Part shown: positions 1 to 12,025 of the stretch, piece after piece | Numbering within the stretch: position 1 is the first letter of the stretch | Layout: every line of letters begins with the position of its first letter | Origin: Lobosporangium transversale | Taxonomy: Eukaryota | Length of the DNA: 64,000 nt | Assembly: GCF_002105155.1 (NCBI RefSeq) | Contig: NW_019028991.1 | Location: 558,001 to 622,000, forward strand | Direction of reading: 5' to 3' | The notes under the pieces: model-generated | Database searches by the model: none | The model's input: the letters and a program-made list of their open reading frames with translations, nothing else | What the model was told of the DNA's origin: nothing | Position numbers and translations under genes: made by a program

Positions 1-268
1 TCACTATAGCTAAATAGCTAAATACTTTAATAGCATAACCGTGACTAATAATGATAGAAAAGAGACATAAATACTCTTTTCTATTATGTTGATAAAGATC
101 CATATTTTTGCCTCATTACATTCCAAGTTTATTATCATGCTCAATCAGGGTTGATTTTCACCAATAAAATAGCCAGAACTTGCCTTGGGTCGTCTTTAGC
201 ACGCAGTCTCGCATACTCAGCAGTACATGTAGATGCTCACTGCGTCTAAGGACTGGCTTCATATTGTA

Positions 269-544
269 CAATCACCTGAAAGAAAGTTTGGTCAAAAAAA
301 TAAAATTTTGAAATGGTTATGAGGAGAAGTACTGTCTTCCATCCTATTTCTTGCAGTTTTCCGTCAGCATGTACTACTCAAAGGCCTCAGTGATTACCCA
401 CATTGGCCTCATTAACAAAAGTGTAAAGTTCCATCTTGGTTGGTGAAGTATTTTTGTATGTCGCATATGAGCTGTTTGTCAGAGATTCAAAATAAAAAAT
501 AGTAAAAATAACCTACTTTGACCAAACTTTCTCTCGGGTGACTG
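269..544. mobile_element. Tc1/mariner-type MITE, 276 bp
   Basis: 28-bp terminal inverted repeats. 269-296 CAATCACCTGAAAGAAAGTTTGGTCAAA matches the reverse complement of 517-544 (CAGTCACCCGAGAGAAAGTTTGGTCAAA) at 25/28. TA lies on both flanks (267-268, 545-546). No coding capacity. Confidence 0.8.
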
Positions 545-2826
545 TAGATAGATAGTAAGCAGTAGAAAAGTAAGTGAGGATAAGATATGGGTTCACACAC
601 AACACCCATGGGGTATTTATTCATTTTCTGGTAGAGGACCTGTATCAGGTAACTACGTATCTATCTATAAGGTGACATAGGTTCGTTCTAAAGACTTCAT
701 ATCAAAGATTTATCGCGTCTATGTATGGCGCGTTATTGCCACTAATTTCTACTGCTAATCTTTTTAGCGCATTAGTATTTTCCTAATTCTTTTCTAACTA
801 GGCCATCATAATATTGCATACTGTGAAATATGCAACAGAGTGTGATGAGTATCGTGGCTCCCGCGGCGCTGCAACTTCCAACAGTAATAATTCCAGACTC
901 CTTCCTACTCTAGACTCACCTTCGCTTATTTCCTTATAAAATAAAAAGCTAGAATCATGTAGTCAGTAGGATCACGCTGCCGCTTGTAGATGAAATAAAG
1001 ACCCTGTGCAAATAAAAGAAAGACCCCCGTGTAAACAAGGTGTGCACGGCGGGCGTACAAATAACTTCATCCTTAATCTAATTGGCATGTCAAGGTGCAT
1101 CGCCATGATTTGCTTGGCAACCTGCCTAGCGTTATTTGGCCTCTATTTCTTGTTTTATCTGTAAAAACTCTCATATCTCGTTTACTGGGACAATCCTGTA
1201 TTGATGAGAAGCACAGGAGCTCCTGTTGAACTTGTTGACATCCAACACAGGATTATCCTCAGTAAGGATATCAATAGACGACGCGTTGTAAACCGTTGCT
1301 CTTCCTTTGAGCACCAAGTGCTTACTACATGCTGCTATACTCAATGTACAGAAGAGGACGTTAGATAAAACAGTCCGTTCAGTGTTAATTGAGACTACAC
1401 CAAAAATTGTGACAAAGTTGACTTTAAGCATGCATGAATGGCTCCTGTTAGAGTGAGCGACAGGTGGAATCTGTTATCTTCGATTTAAAATAATTCTTGG
1501 AAGAATTTATTTAGGATCCATGGAGCAATACCTGTATAAATTATTATAAGCATAGAAAAACCAAAATCATGCCATTTTTGATGGCTGTATAAGTTATTAC
1601 GCCAGAACCTTGAGAAGCAGAACTTAATCAAAGTAATGATCGCTTGCCTAGGCTATTGCTACGATATGGACCTCATTTTCAATACTTTATGCAGTGCTTC
1701 TTGAGAAAATGAGTTTAAAATATCCGGTAATTATATTTTTTCGCAATTTAGCCGACTTTCCTTTTTTCTCGCCATGATACTGGCGCATATTTATTACGAC
1801 TGATTTCAACAGCGCTTTAAGTATGTCTATATTGCGCTCCATTGTTTTTTATCAGGTTTTGCAAAACTAAATTTGAAATGGTTGTCTAGATTGATCACAT
1901 ACTACTCCTTGTCGCACTCATCACCTAACTACAAGTATTAGAATTCATCAAAAAGCGTAAAACTCACTTGAATAATTTGCGCCTCAGCGCCTGCTAGCGG
2001 CTCCAAACGGAGCGAGTCTAATTGTGTTTGAGATGAGTGACTTTACCTATAGCACTAAGGATATCAACGTGTTCATAAAAAAACGTCCCCGTGCAAATAC
2101 CATCATCCTTTTACGAATCTGGAGCATTTTGTTCATAAAATGAAGAAATAAATCCCATGGCCCTACCTGAGGGACCTTGTTATTAAAAAGAGAAAAGTAT
2201 TTCTACAAAGACAAAAGCCAATTGCACGGCTCGTACACGCCTTTTATGCACCGGCGCCCCCGTAAAAATAAATAATTTCTTATTCTTACGACAGCTGATT
2301 GTGAAGGTATACCTACATATTTATAACGTATTCATGTCTTGGAGACAAAAATACGCAGCTAGATATTATATACGTCTGTAGAGACGTTGATGTGTATTGC
2401 CACTCTATTATACACCTGAGGCAATTAAATAAATAAAATCAGCATGCTTTCGGTCTCTTTTAGAACGCGCCTATTAAAACCGAGTTCGCTGAGAATACTA
2501 TGCAATAGAATCGAGTAAAATCCTAGCTATTTGGGCAAGATTTAATGGTCAATGATTACTATCCGACACTTTAAATGTCATGTTCATTGACAATTTCGTG
2601 TGGATATGATCCACCATGTCACTTATTGTACCTTACAAACAGCTCTCAAATGTGTTTCTTTTATAGCTCCGTCTTATTTATATGCAAAATATATGGATAT
2701 TCTTTGACCTCTTCTGTAGACGAGCCCAAAGTTGGGGAATATCGCTCCACCCTCGGTCACTTCAAAAGACTGGAGATCATTAGCCTTAGTGTTATGTTTC
2801 CCTCCATACACCGAAATCCGGATATA

Positions 2827-3590
2827 TTACGATTTGATTTCTTTCTTCCATTGGATTCTTTGATACTGCCTTCTTCCTTCTCTTTCCCTTTTACCTGAGC
2901 CATATGAAGCTTCATCATTACTCAGCACATCCTCAGCCTTGCAAGGGTTAATGGGCCCAGAAGCTTTAGAGATTTTCCCATACTTGTCGTCGTCATGGTC
3001 CACGAACTTCAAGATCGACACTTGGATAAATGTGCGGTTGTATATGTAGTCAAATATTTGATAATTCTTGAGACACCACAGCAGAGTATTTCCGCTCACT
3101 TTCACCGAAGGCTCCTTGACTATATCAAAGTGGTTTGCATCAATTCCCAAAAGAGCCTTGAGGCTCCCAGTAAGATCGGTTGTCTCCAGGATCGACCTCC
3201 CATGCAGTACAAAACACTGGGATCTCTTCATTAAATTGATTGGCGTCTGCATTGCCATCACACAGAGCCTTTACCATGTCTGTAGGGAGCATGATCCTAC
3301 AGATTTCAAAGAGGGCTTGCTTGGCCAGCTGGACAAAGGAATTACTAGAGGTTATTTCCTTTTGGCCTACAGTGATACACCAACCCAAGGTCCATAAAAT
3401 CAGCCGCAAAGTGAGCGACAGAGCTACCACTTCGTCTTGGCAGAGACATGTCAGAAGGGGCTTTGCGCTGATGAACTTGCTTAATGTTGTTCAAGGAATA
3501 AAAAAAATAATTGCGAATCATGTTGATTATTTCTAAATTGGCGTTTTCTATCAGCCAGGGCAGCCACATTGTCTTTCATCTTGTTTTGTA
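2827..3590 (-). pseudogene. Decayed Crinkler(CRN)-like / restriction-endonuclease-fold protein, C-terminal fragment
   Basis: Collinear peptide blocks in three frames: DFMDLGLVY, QLAKQALFEIC..ALCDGNADANQF, ETTDLTG, YQIFDYIYNRTFIQVSILKFVDHD. The order resembles (from recall) Mortierella CRN-type C-termini ending in D..FIQVS. Frameshifts and stops are present. Confidence 0.45.
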
Positions 3591-3696
3591 GTGGCCGTAT
3601 TAGTTAAAATAATAATCATACAGTGAATAGATTAAATTATAGAAAATATATGTTTATTTTTGTGAAGTATCGTAAAAAGAGAGGCAGAGAAGATAA

Positions 3697-5321
3697 TTAA
3701 GCTAGCTTCTCAAGAGCATCCACAAGAGTCAGCATATCAGATTTGATCGATTGAGCATATCGCAAAACCCTGTCCTTCGAGTCCAGGATCTCGATACTTT
3801 CAGTATAGGCATTGTATCGTACCGAGAAAGGCCGCTTCAGCGAGCTTGCAAATTCCCGAACCTTCATTTGTGCATCTTTGAACGACTCCGCAACAAAATA
3901 TACTGGCTGGTACTCTGTAATTGGATACTTTTGCTTTGCAACCTTGGCAGGCTCAAATGGCCGAATCTCGGGTTTACCACTCAAACAATATTCTAGCTCT
4001 CCATATGAAGAAAGCAGACCAGCACCATAGGCTCGAAGCTGATCTCCCTGACGACAAATACCAAATTCGACTGTGAACCAGTAAATGGTGGCTAGTTGCT
4101 CAATGTCAGAGTCACTTGCGCCTAAGGATGCTAATCCTATTTCTTGTGAGAAATCTGCAAAGTCTGGGTTGGCAAACAGGGGCACATGTCCTAGCAACTC
4201 ATGGCAGACATCGGGTTCTGGAGTATAGAGAGGTTTGGAGTAATGACGAATGTATTGAGTGGAATGGAAGGCTCTGAACGCAAGCCCGTTTAAGAAATCG
4301 CGACTGGTCAGCAAGCCCATCACTGGCCGCAGCGTAAAACCAGTGCAATCCTTTAGAAACTTGGAGACTGCGTCGAGCTGAGGAATATTGGAAGGCCCAT
4401 AGCCACAATTCTGGATTAGCAAAGGAAACACGTATTGGTGTTCACGGCAGGCATGAGTTGGGAACATGGTGATTAACTTGTTGAAGACAGTGGACCAGGT
4501 ATCGATCTCAATCTGTGTATACTCGACGTGTGGGATAGGTTGGCCACTATCTTTCATATTAAACTGATAGTTAGTTGTAGAACGTGTTAAAATGATACCA
4601 AAGATGAAAAAAAGCAGCCTCATAGGCTGAGAAAGAGAACGTACGTCCTATAAATCTTTGCGATTTTTGTAATTTCTGAACGGCGAGCACGATAGGCTGC
4701 ATCCTTTGCACCAGGATGGTCGGCTTCTAGTTCTTCTCCCATTTCGAGAACCTTGTCTGCGAAGGTATCTAAGTCAACCATCTTGCGAGGGAACCATGGT
4801 GTCGATTCAGATAGTTCTGTTGTTATTTTTCAATCAAATACAATTATGTGGCAGATGTTATTAATAAGATGTAAATGAGGAAAAAAAAAGAAATCGAACA
4901 TCGAAGGCAGATATGATCCTCACCAGAGCTCCCGGCGACAGTACCACCTCCTGTGCCCACGGTATGGACTTGTTTAGCAAGGTTTTCGAGCGACTTTGAT
5001 ACTTCAGCTACTTGCTCAGCGCCTGTAGCGTCAAAATCAACAAAGAAGTCGTAGTCCCATTCGGATGTCCTGCTTGGACGCCTAAAATGGAACAGCGTGA
5101 AAGAGAGACGGTTATACGCCTCTTTAAAAGGAAGCAGTATCAAAAACTTTAAAAAAAAGATATTTCTTTTACGATTCAATCCGAGTAAGCGAAATATTCA
5201 TAGCCTTGATAGCAGCAAGGCATTCATCAAGGGCACCGACTTTATCTGTGATGGAAAAGTGAATGGTAGTCCTGGTGGGAGTGAAGGTGGCATTGGTGCA
5301 CTTGTGAAGTGTTGAGCTCAT
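3697..5321 (-). CDS. PAH: Phenylalanine-4-hydroxylase (ACT domain + biopterin-dependent hydroxylase domain), 4 exons
   Basis: ATG at 5321. ACT domain [22 protein letters not shown], then PWFPRK. Catalytic motifs [46 protein letters not shown] introns. Confidence 0.95.
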
Positions 5322-5949
5322 GTTGGTCAGTCAGTGTCTGCTGTGTTCTTGAAAGAGGTGAATAGCACAAAGATGTGGGAAATTTGAGCGATAGGGTGAT
5401 ATCATTTTATGTCTTTCTTCCCACACATGCCCACATGATGCATTGGCACAGATTGGTTGCATTATCTACTCACTCACAGCCAAGTTATGGTAAACGTAAT
5501 TTAAGAAAAGAATAAAGGCTCAATGTCAGTTATCTGAGGCTTCCTGCCATGTAGCGGAATCATTAACAGGCTCCACAAATCCACAGAATGGATTGTAGAA
5601 CTGCAATGATATCCTCCTAGCAATGATGCCGGATCATCAACCATTGATATGTATGATTAATATCATTACAGTCCTAGGTTAAATACTAAGACTAAAGAGC
5701 CAATCTAGGGCCACGGGAGATGGTTTAATTTATAGCTCTGTGACTTGAATCTTGTGCTCTATGCATTATGAAGGCCATTCATTCATTGTGGGGTCTAAAT
5801 TAAAATAGACCGTCAATTTGAGTACATTTCGAATTTCAAGTCCCAAGCCATTACAAAAAGGCAGTCTACAAATGTAGCTTTTAATGTTTTTTTTTGTATA
5901 TGATAAAGGCCAATCAATAGACACTAAAAGTAAAGGGACTAAGTAAGAC

Positions 5950-6066
5950 TTTATTTTATTTTATTTTGTTTATTTTATTTTTTATTATTTTTATTTTTTA
6001 TAATTTTTTTTATTTTTATTTTTATTTTTATTTTTATTTTTATTTTTGTTTTTATTTTTATTTTTT
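5950..6066. repeat. (TTTTA/TTTTTA)n low-complexity tract
   Basis: Directly visible, just downstream of the citrate synthase stop. Confidence 0.9.
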
Positions 6067-8007
6067 TTACTTGGCAAACATGGCCTTGATAGCAGCCGTC
6101 GAGTATGACTTGGGGCGCTCCAGAGGCATGCCCAAAGCGCGGTCCCAGATCAACTGAGACAGTACTCCGAGGCCACGAGAAACACCAAAGAGAACAGTAT
6201 AGAAATCTTGTTCAGTCAAGCCATAGGCAGACAAAAGGACACCCGAGTGGGCATCCACATTGGGCCAAGGGTTCTTGGTCTTGCCATGTTCAAGAAGAAT
6301 GCTTGGTGCGACAGTATAGATTTGAGAGACGAGCTTGAAGAGGGGATCGCTGGGGATATGCTTCAAAGCGAACTCACGCTGACAGGTGTAGCGAGGGTCT
6401 GTCTTACGAAGGACAGCATGGCCGTAACCAGGAACAACTTGGCCGCTCTTGAGGGTCTTCCAGATATACTCCTTGATGGTCTCATCTGAGACATCCTTGC
6501 CTCCAAGTTCTTCGCGCATCTTAGTGATCCAACGGAGGACTTCCTGGTTGGCGAGGCCGTGGAGTGGACCTGCTAGTCCGTTCAGGCCTGCAGCAAAGGA
6601 GAGGTAAGGATCCGAGAGAGCGGAGCCGACCAAGTGGGTAGTATGAGCTGAGACATTGCCTCCCTCATGATCAGAGTGGATAGTAAGATAGAGGCGCATC
6701 AACTCAACAAATTCCTTATTTTCACCATATCCAAGAAGGTTGGCCAGATTGGCAGCATAGTCCTTATTGAGATCAATCTGAGCGACTTTGGCACCGTTTC
6801 TGAAGACGTTTTGGTAGATGCGGCCAGCAATGTTAGGGAGCTTGGCAATGAGGTCCATCGAATCCTCAAAAGTGCTGTCCCAATACTCCTGTTTATTGAC
6901 GCCCTGTTGGTAGGCCTTAGCAAACTGAGACTCGTGCTGGAGGGCTGTGACGGCCAAGGAGAACTGAGACATGGGGTGCAGAGTGTTGGGGCATCGGTCG
7001 AGCAAATCTTCAACAAAGGTAGGAAGACTGGCACGAGCAGCCCACTCGGCAGAAAGGTCGCGAACCTGTTCAGTAGTAGGGACCTCACCAGTGACCAACA
7101 GCCAGAAGAGAGACTCGGGAAGAGGTTCACTACCACCTTCAGCAGATGGGAGATCGCGTTGGCACTCTGGAATAGTCTTGCCGCGGAAGCGGATACCTTC
7201 CTCAGCATCAAGAACGGAACCCTCCCAGATGAGGCCCTTAATCCCGCGCATGCCTCCATAGGCCATGTCAACAGTGGTCTCACCCAAAACTTTGTTACCA
7301 AGCTCGGCCTTAACTTGTTTAACCTCCTCGCGCTTCTCAGGGATCAACTCACGAAGGCGATCCTTCAAGCCCTAATGACCATAGAAATAAATATGAAAGT
7401 ATCCCATTGGCGCATAGGACAGACATGATGAGTATGTATTGCCTAGGATCCTTTTATATCTCGTATAGTCTCTCCCTTCTGTTTCCTGATCTCCTAACCA
7501 TATCACCCACTATATTTTGAATATGCTCCCATATGCCGCGATTCTTAAAATTATTATTATCTATACACGCCCCCATGTCGTCATCTATAATGTCGTTATC
7601 TCCTGCTTCTCCCGTTCAGATCTATGTCGAAATTGATGTACTTCACTAACGCACCTGGGACTTAGTAGAGTAAGCTTTGATGGCAGAGGCAGCAAGGGTA
7701 TTGTGACGGGTAGCAACCTAAAAGAGAAAAAGAGTTAGTGAAAGAGGTCAATTGTATCGTTACAGTTCCAAACATAGCCTTCATTGCGATGGAATGGCAT
7801 AGTGTAAGTAGAATGATTGAGACAGATAAATGAGAACAGGTTCATCACTCTCAAGACGAACAAAGTATAGACAATGATCGGCGATAACAACAGTTTTTCA
7901 ATTTGAGAACACACTTCGATACCGAAATGTTTAGTGCATGAGCACCATGAATGTTTATGTACCTTGGTAAGGCCAGGAAGACGGAAAGCGGCGCGCAATG
8001 AAGCCAT
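6067..8007 (-). CDS. CIT1: Mitochondrial citrate synthase, 3 exons
   Basis: Presequence exon [15 protein letters not shown] from 8007 and a small exon near 7655-7717. Main exon has [50 protein letters not shown]. Confidence 0.97.
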
Positions 8008-8772
8008 AATAGTGAAGAATTAGAGGTTATTGAGCGAGTTTGTGAAAGGAGAGTGAATAAAAAAGAGAAGTGGGTGGGACAGGGAAAATGGAAGAATAAC
8101 CAGAGCCAAGGAGAGGCGGCTTTTATAAAGTTTTTGTGGTTTCAAAAGCGGAGATTCGATGTGATAATCCCTTCAAATGATGTTGCAAACACACCCTGAT
8201 GTGAACATCAAGTCGTGCATTCCTCACGATTGACGCTCTGTATCTGCTTCTTATTCAAACAGAGGATGTTTCGGTAAGAGGCACTCAGTAATTCCTTTGA
8301 TGTCTACTGTTTTAAAACTTCTATTCCAATCTTTAACTATAATCATTTGCTCGTAGCGGTTATTTGTTGTCATAGTTTGATGATTTATTCTCGAATTACA
8401 TTATGTGAATATTTTGCAAGAAGTTCATTTCTTGTCATCGTGTACATCATGTAACGCATGCAATATTTTGCAATCGCAACGATCAATAATGCAACGTCGG
8501 TTACCATAAAAGGCTCTTCCCCGCTTTCACAAACGGTCTCTGTGGGCATTAAATCACATGACTAGTCTCATACTATGATATGTCTGGTACGTGCTCCATC
8601 GAGCCTGTCACAAATGATATGTTGGATACTGCTGCCACGGTTGGATCAGTAGGCTGCCTGGGACTTGTTCGAGCTAAATGCCGTACACAGAAAGCCGCTG
8701 TCAGAACTCTCCAACTACAAAATAAATGTTTTACTCAAATATAACAAAATAAACAAAACGAAATAATAGAAC

Positions 8773-11439
8773 TTAACTGCTAACAGCTAACGTTTGTTCT
8801 GTTCGTAGACGCTTCTTAGTGCGCGATGAAGCCTCATCCTGCTGTACAATGCTTAAATGTTGCAATGACTTATGCCAGTGAGGCAGCACGTTACCGCGGT
8901 ACTCTTGTTGAAGCCAGGCTAGATCATTTTGAATCCACTCAGATTGAAGAGCGTCATCAACGCTCCAGCGTTTCTGAGGATCAACATCAAGCAGATGAGT
9001 TATCAGCGTTTTTGCCTCAGGGCCTATATCTTTCCAGTGGCGTGCTGGGAACAGAAGATTACTATCAAAAAAAACAGTAGAACAGATAAGATCCTCTAGT
9101 AAAGGAGTATTATTTGAATGTGAATGCATCTGTACCTGTGCTTCATCTTGTAACACATCGTCTTTTCGTCATCGAGTGCATAGTTAGCTGTAAATGGGTG
9201 AGTTCCTGAGATAATGACATACAGTGTTATCCCTAGGCTCCAGCAATCGGCAGAATGACCATAGCCTAGCCCTTTTGTGTATTTGGCATCGAATACCTCG
9301 GGCGCCCTTTTGAAAATACGGTAAATATATCATGTTAGGGATTATACATGCAAACACTTTGTCTTATGGTATTTGCCTATATGCCATCATCCACGTACAT
9401 GTAAGCAAAGGTCCCACACATGGTACTCATCAGGCCTTCGTTATCCAGCTCGCGAGCCATTCCGAAGTCAGACAGTAGCACCCTTGAGTACTTTGTTGCA
9501 GATGTCAAAAGCAGATTTTCAGGTTTGAGATCTATCTCACATTAAAAGCATGTTAACTTTGGTCTATCGCATGAAAATTAATCTGTATCTTACAATATTG
9601 AAAAAAAAGTCTTTACCGCGATGAGAAATATTCATTTTGTGCAGATGCTATTCATTATGTGAAGTTAGCAAGGAGGAGCTAAAGACGATAATATTTAAAA
9701 ATACAAGATGAATACTTACTTGTAACGCTTGAAGAATCTGATAAATAACAAATTTTGCTTCAAGCTCAGGGAGCGTGCCTTTGTGCATGACATACTCGAA
9801 CAAATCACCACCAGTTAACCTGAATGAAACTACTAGCATTAGTAATAGAATAGTGCCAATGATTTACGAAGCTTAAGCATCACTTACATTTGCATAAAAA
9901 TATAAATGTAGCGAGTTGTTTTACGAACATCTACCACAGGGGTAATATTAGGCTAATCTGTTGTTAGTAGGAGTAGTAGTCATCTTAAAACTCAAATCTC
10001 TACATTCCAGCACCACAACCTACGTGATTAGCACTCTGTAAAATGACGACTTCCTTCTCAATATCTGTTCCTCCAGAATGCTCAGGGGTGCCATATCGAA
10101 TCCTATCCATGATTTTGACAGCTAACTGAACTTTTGTTTTACGATGAACTGCCACATACACTTTAGCAAACGTTCCTCTATCATAGAGGACGATGGGGTT
10201 TTGATTATTACAAGTTATGTACTGTACTCCATGTCAATATTATCCAAGACCTTGAATGTGAAAAATAATAATAATAATAATATACTTACTTCCCTAGTGT
10301 GCGGGGAAGAAGCTGGTACGATTTCTCTATTGTCTATTTTTATGCAAAACATTATTTATTTCCTTAACCATTACATATCGGGGAAAATAGCTGCAAACTA
10401 ATGGCTGTGCTCTCACCTCGATCTCAGGATCATCGTGCCCTGGTATCGTTTTCAACGTGTCTTGAAAAGCAAAGTCTATCACCTCAATTGGTACGAGATT
10501 AGTCTAGTAACAAGCATTTATGTTGAATCAGCTATACGGATACGGCAGTAATGGGACGCAAACATACGATGGCTGCCTCGGACCCTAATTGAGTCGCCAT
10601 GCGAAAGTACAATGGATTCTCCTTTGCCGATAAGCCTCCCGTTCCCTTTATTTATGCAAGGCATTAATATGTTTATGTTGTTGTTGGTTAAAGGGCTGTA
10701 GCATGATACATGAAATTTCCCTAAGAAAGCATGATCGAAACGAACTTACAATAGGTGCCATTGGTGCTTGTGTCCTGCACATTTGAAACCTGTCAGCAAA
10801 GAGCCAGATATACTTGGAAAATAGCAGATTAATATATTTCTAATAATTCGCTACCTCACAAAGGACAAGGCCTTCAGATTTCTATATACGTGTTAGGAAC
10901 ATTTGTTTAGACATCCTCTATTGTCACGGTGCTTCTCAGGGTCCAGTTGAGTTGATAAAGTTTAACGAACCGTGTAAAATTGACAATGACAGCCCGAGAC
11001 GGTTTTCTCAGTAAGAACCAAATCACTATCGAAGATAGAAATAGCGGACGTCATATTCAATATATGTTTATACAACGTGTTGTTGCCTTCAAAAAGAATA
11101 ATTTGTACCATGTGGGATGGCGTCCAATAATTGCTATTTGGCCTTTATGAATGCACAAGCATACTAAAAGCCCATGAAGAGAAAGAGAGAGAGATATCGG
11201 ACAAGGTTAATGAGGAATAAAATATACTGAACGTAATCGCAAACATACATAATGCAATGTTTAATATCATTTATACCTTCAAGCGTATGTCGATTTATGA
11301 GCCACCCATAAAGAGGCTCTTCCTTCTTGGCTTGATCTGGGCTAGGGCTACTATTGAAGGACACATTCTCTGTATGTGGGAAAGTTGAAGTAGATTGTGT
11401 TGCCTGAGAAGGTTGCTGCGACTTGTGGTTCGATGGCAT
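8773..11439 (-). CDS. FHA-domain Ser/Thr kinase, Chk2/Mek1/Dun1 family, multi-exon
   Basis: N-terminal SQ/TQ-rich stretch. FHA pieces IAIIGRHPT and D.STNGTY. Kinase motifs across exons: LGKGTFAKV, AVKIM, HRDLKPENLL, DFGMAR, MCGTFAYMAPE, DCWSLG. Confidence 0.85.
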
Positions 11440-12025
11440 GGCAACAAAATGAGGTTTGGGAAAATGAAAAGATCTGAAGGAAGTAGAAAGCCATCAACTA
11501 AAAAAGCTAAAATAATGAGCCACGGGCTTCTTTGGGTTTATTACATAATAATACATTTTGGTGGCGCAGATTAACAAATGAGATATTTGGGATTGGCTCC
11601 TGAGTTTATTGAGTAAAGATTATGAAGAGGAAGACAAACTAGGACTAAGAAAAAAGAAAGAAAGCCTTTATCTATACATTGTGTGTAGCCTGCGATCTGG
11701 TCCTGCAGATCAGAGCAATGAAAGAGCATCGCTCCCATAAAAAGCAGTAATATGAAAAAAGAGGTCGCCAATTAGCAATTCAAGATAATAGGTTCGTGAT
11801 CTCTTGACTTGCCAACCCATATCAAGCATAATCCGAAAATTCCGAGTTGCCTTATGGAAACCCATTTGGCCAGCTTGTTAGCATCCTTTTATGACGCATA
11901 CCTCAAAGGCGGCGGCATGCTTTGCCTCCTAAAGACAGCAGAAGAATAGTCGGATAGGTCATAGCGAGGTTAGTCAAAGGACTAGAGGCCTAAGGAGCAT
12001 ATTTATAAGTGAAGCTCCCAATTAC

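Noticed and set aside
1171..1431. 86-aa minus-strand ORF
   Set aside because: No recognisable motif or splice context; it lies in degenerate AT-rich DNA.
6667..7428. 253-aa plus-strand ORF and other overlapping ORFs
   Set aside because: Antisense and alternative-frame shadows of the codon-biased citrate synthase exon.
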